A stretch of DNA of 64,000 bases, taken from the human T2T-CHM13v2.0 reference genome, Homo sapiens. This document shows, piece by piece, positions 63,456-64,000 of this stretch. The stretch is from NCBI RefSeq assembly GCF_009914755.1, contig NC_060939.1. One strand, written 5' to 3'. Numbering within the stretch: position 1 is the first letter of the stretch; every line of letters starts with the position of its first letter. A program made the translations under genes and the position numbers. The notes under the pieces are model-generated. The model saw only the letters and a list, made by a program, of their open reading frames with translations. It did not search any database and was not told where the DNA came from.

Positions 63456-64000
63456 CGCTTGCTTGCTTGCTTTCGTGCTTTCTTGCTTTCCCGTTTTCTT
63501 GCTTTCTTTCTTTCTTTCGTTTCTTTCATGCTTGCTTTCTTGCTTGCTTGCTTGCTTTCGTGCTTTCTTGCTTTCCTGTTTTCTTTTTCTTTCTTTCTTT
63601 CTTTCTTTCTTTTGTTTCTTTCTTGCTTGCTTTCTTGCTTGCTTGCTTGCTTTCGTGCTTTCTTGCTTTCCTGTTTTCTTTCTTTCTTTCTTTCTTTTGT
63701 TTCTTTCTTGCTTGCTTTCTTGCTTGCTTGCTTTCGTGCTTTCTTGTTTTCTCGATTTCTTTCTTTCTTTTGTTTCTTTCCTGCTTGCTTTCTTGCTTGA
63801 TTGCTTTCGTGCTTTCTTGCTTTCTTGTTTTCTTTCTTTCTTTTGTTTCTTTCTTTCTTGCTTCCTTGTTTTCTTGCTTTCTTGCTTGCTTGCTTTCGTG
63901 CTTTCTTGTTTTCTTGCTTTCTTTCTTTTGTTTCTTTCTTGCTTGCTTTCTTGCTTCCTTGTTTTCTTGCTTTCTTGCTTGCTTGCTTTCGTGCTTTCTT

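Overview
This is human (great-ape type) 45S ribosomal DNA in tandem array, with a repeat unit of 43,949 bp: 1-20051 recurs at 43950-64000 with a constant offset. One complete Pol I unit lies on the + strand: TSS 22487, 5'ETS, 18S 26126-27994, ITS1, 5.8S 29069-29225, ITS2, 28S 30394-35451 and 3'ETS. The intergenic spacer (IGS) holds 11 Sal-box terminators (nine of them in three R repeats), two Long Repeats with polypyrimidine blocks, many Alus, a CDC27 retrocopy, the RGC p53 site, CTCF-like sites and the spacer-promoter/T0 region. There is no intact protein-coding gene; the ORF track is low-complexity, Alu, GC-rich rRNA or pseudogene noise. The most notable observations are: (1) the same Alu left-arm A27>C change in about 15 of 18 IGS Alus of different subfamilies; (2) the CDC27 retrocopy appears to be a 3.8 kb TSD-bounded copy of an intron-retained, intronically polyadenylated transcript; (3) a three-copy diverged IGS module carrying a CTCF-like motif and a conserved stem; (4) a 13-bp perfect inverted repeat overlapping an AP-1 site in the spacer-promoter region; (5) unit-specific deletions in R repeat 1 and in the 5'ETS. 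Comparisons with reference sequences are from memory and need confirming by alignment.
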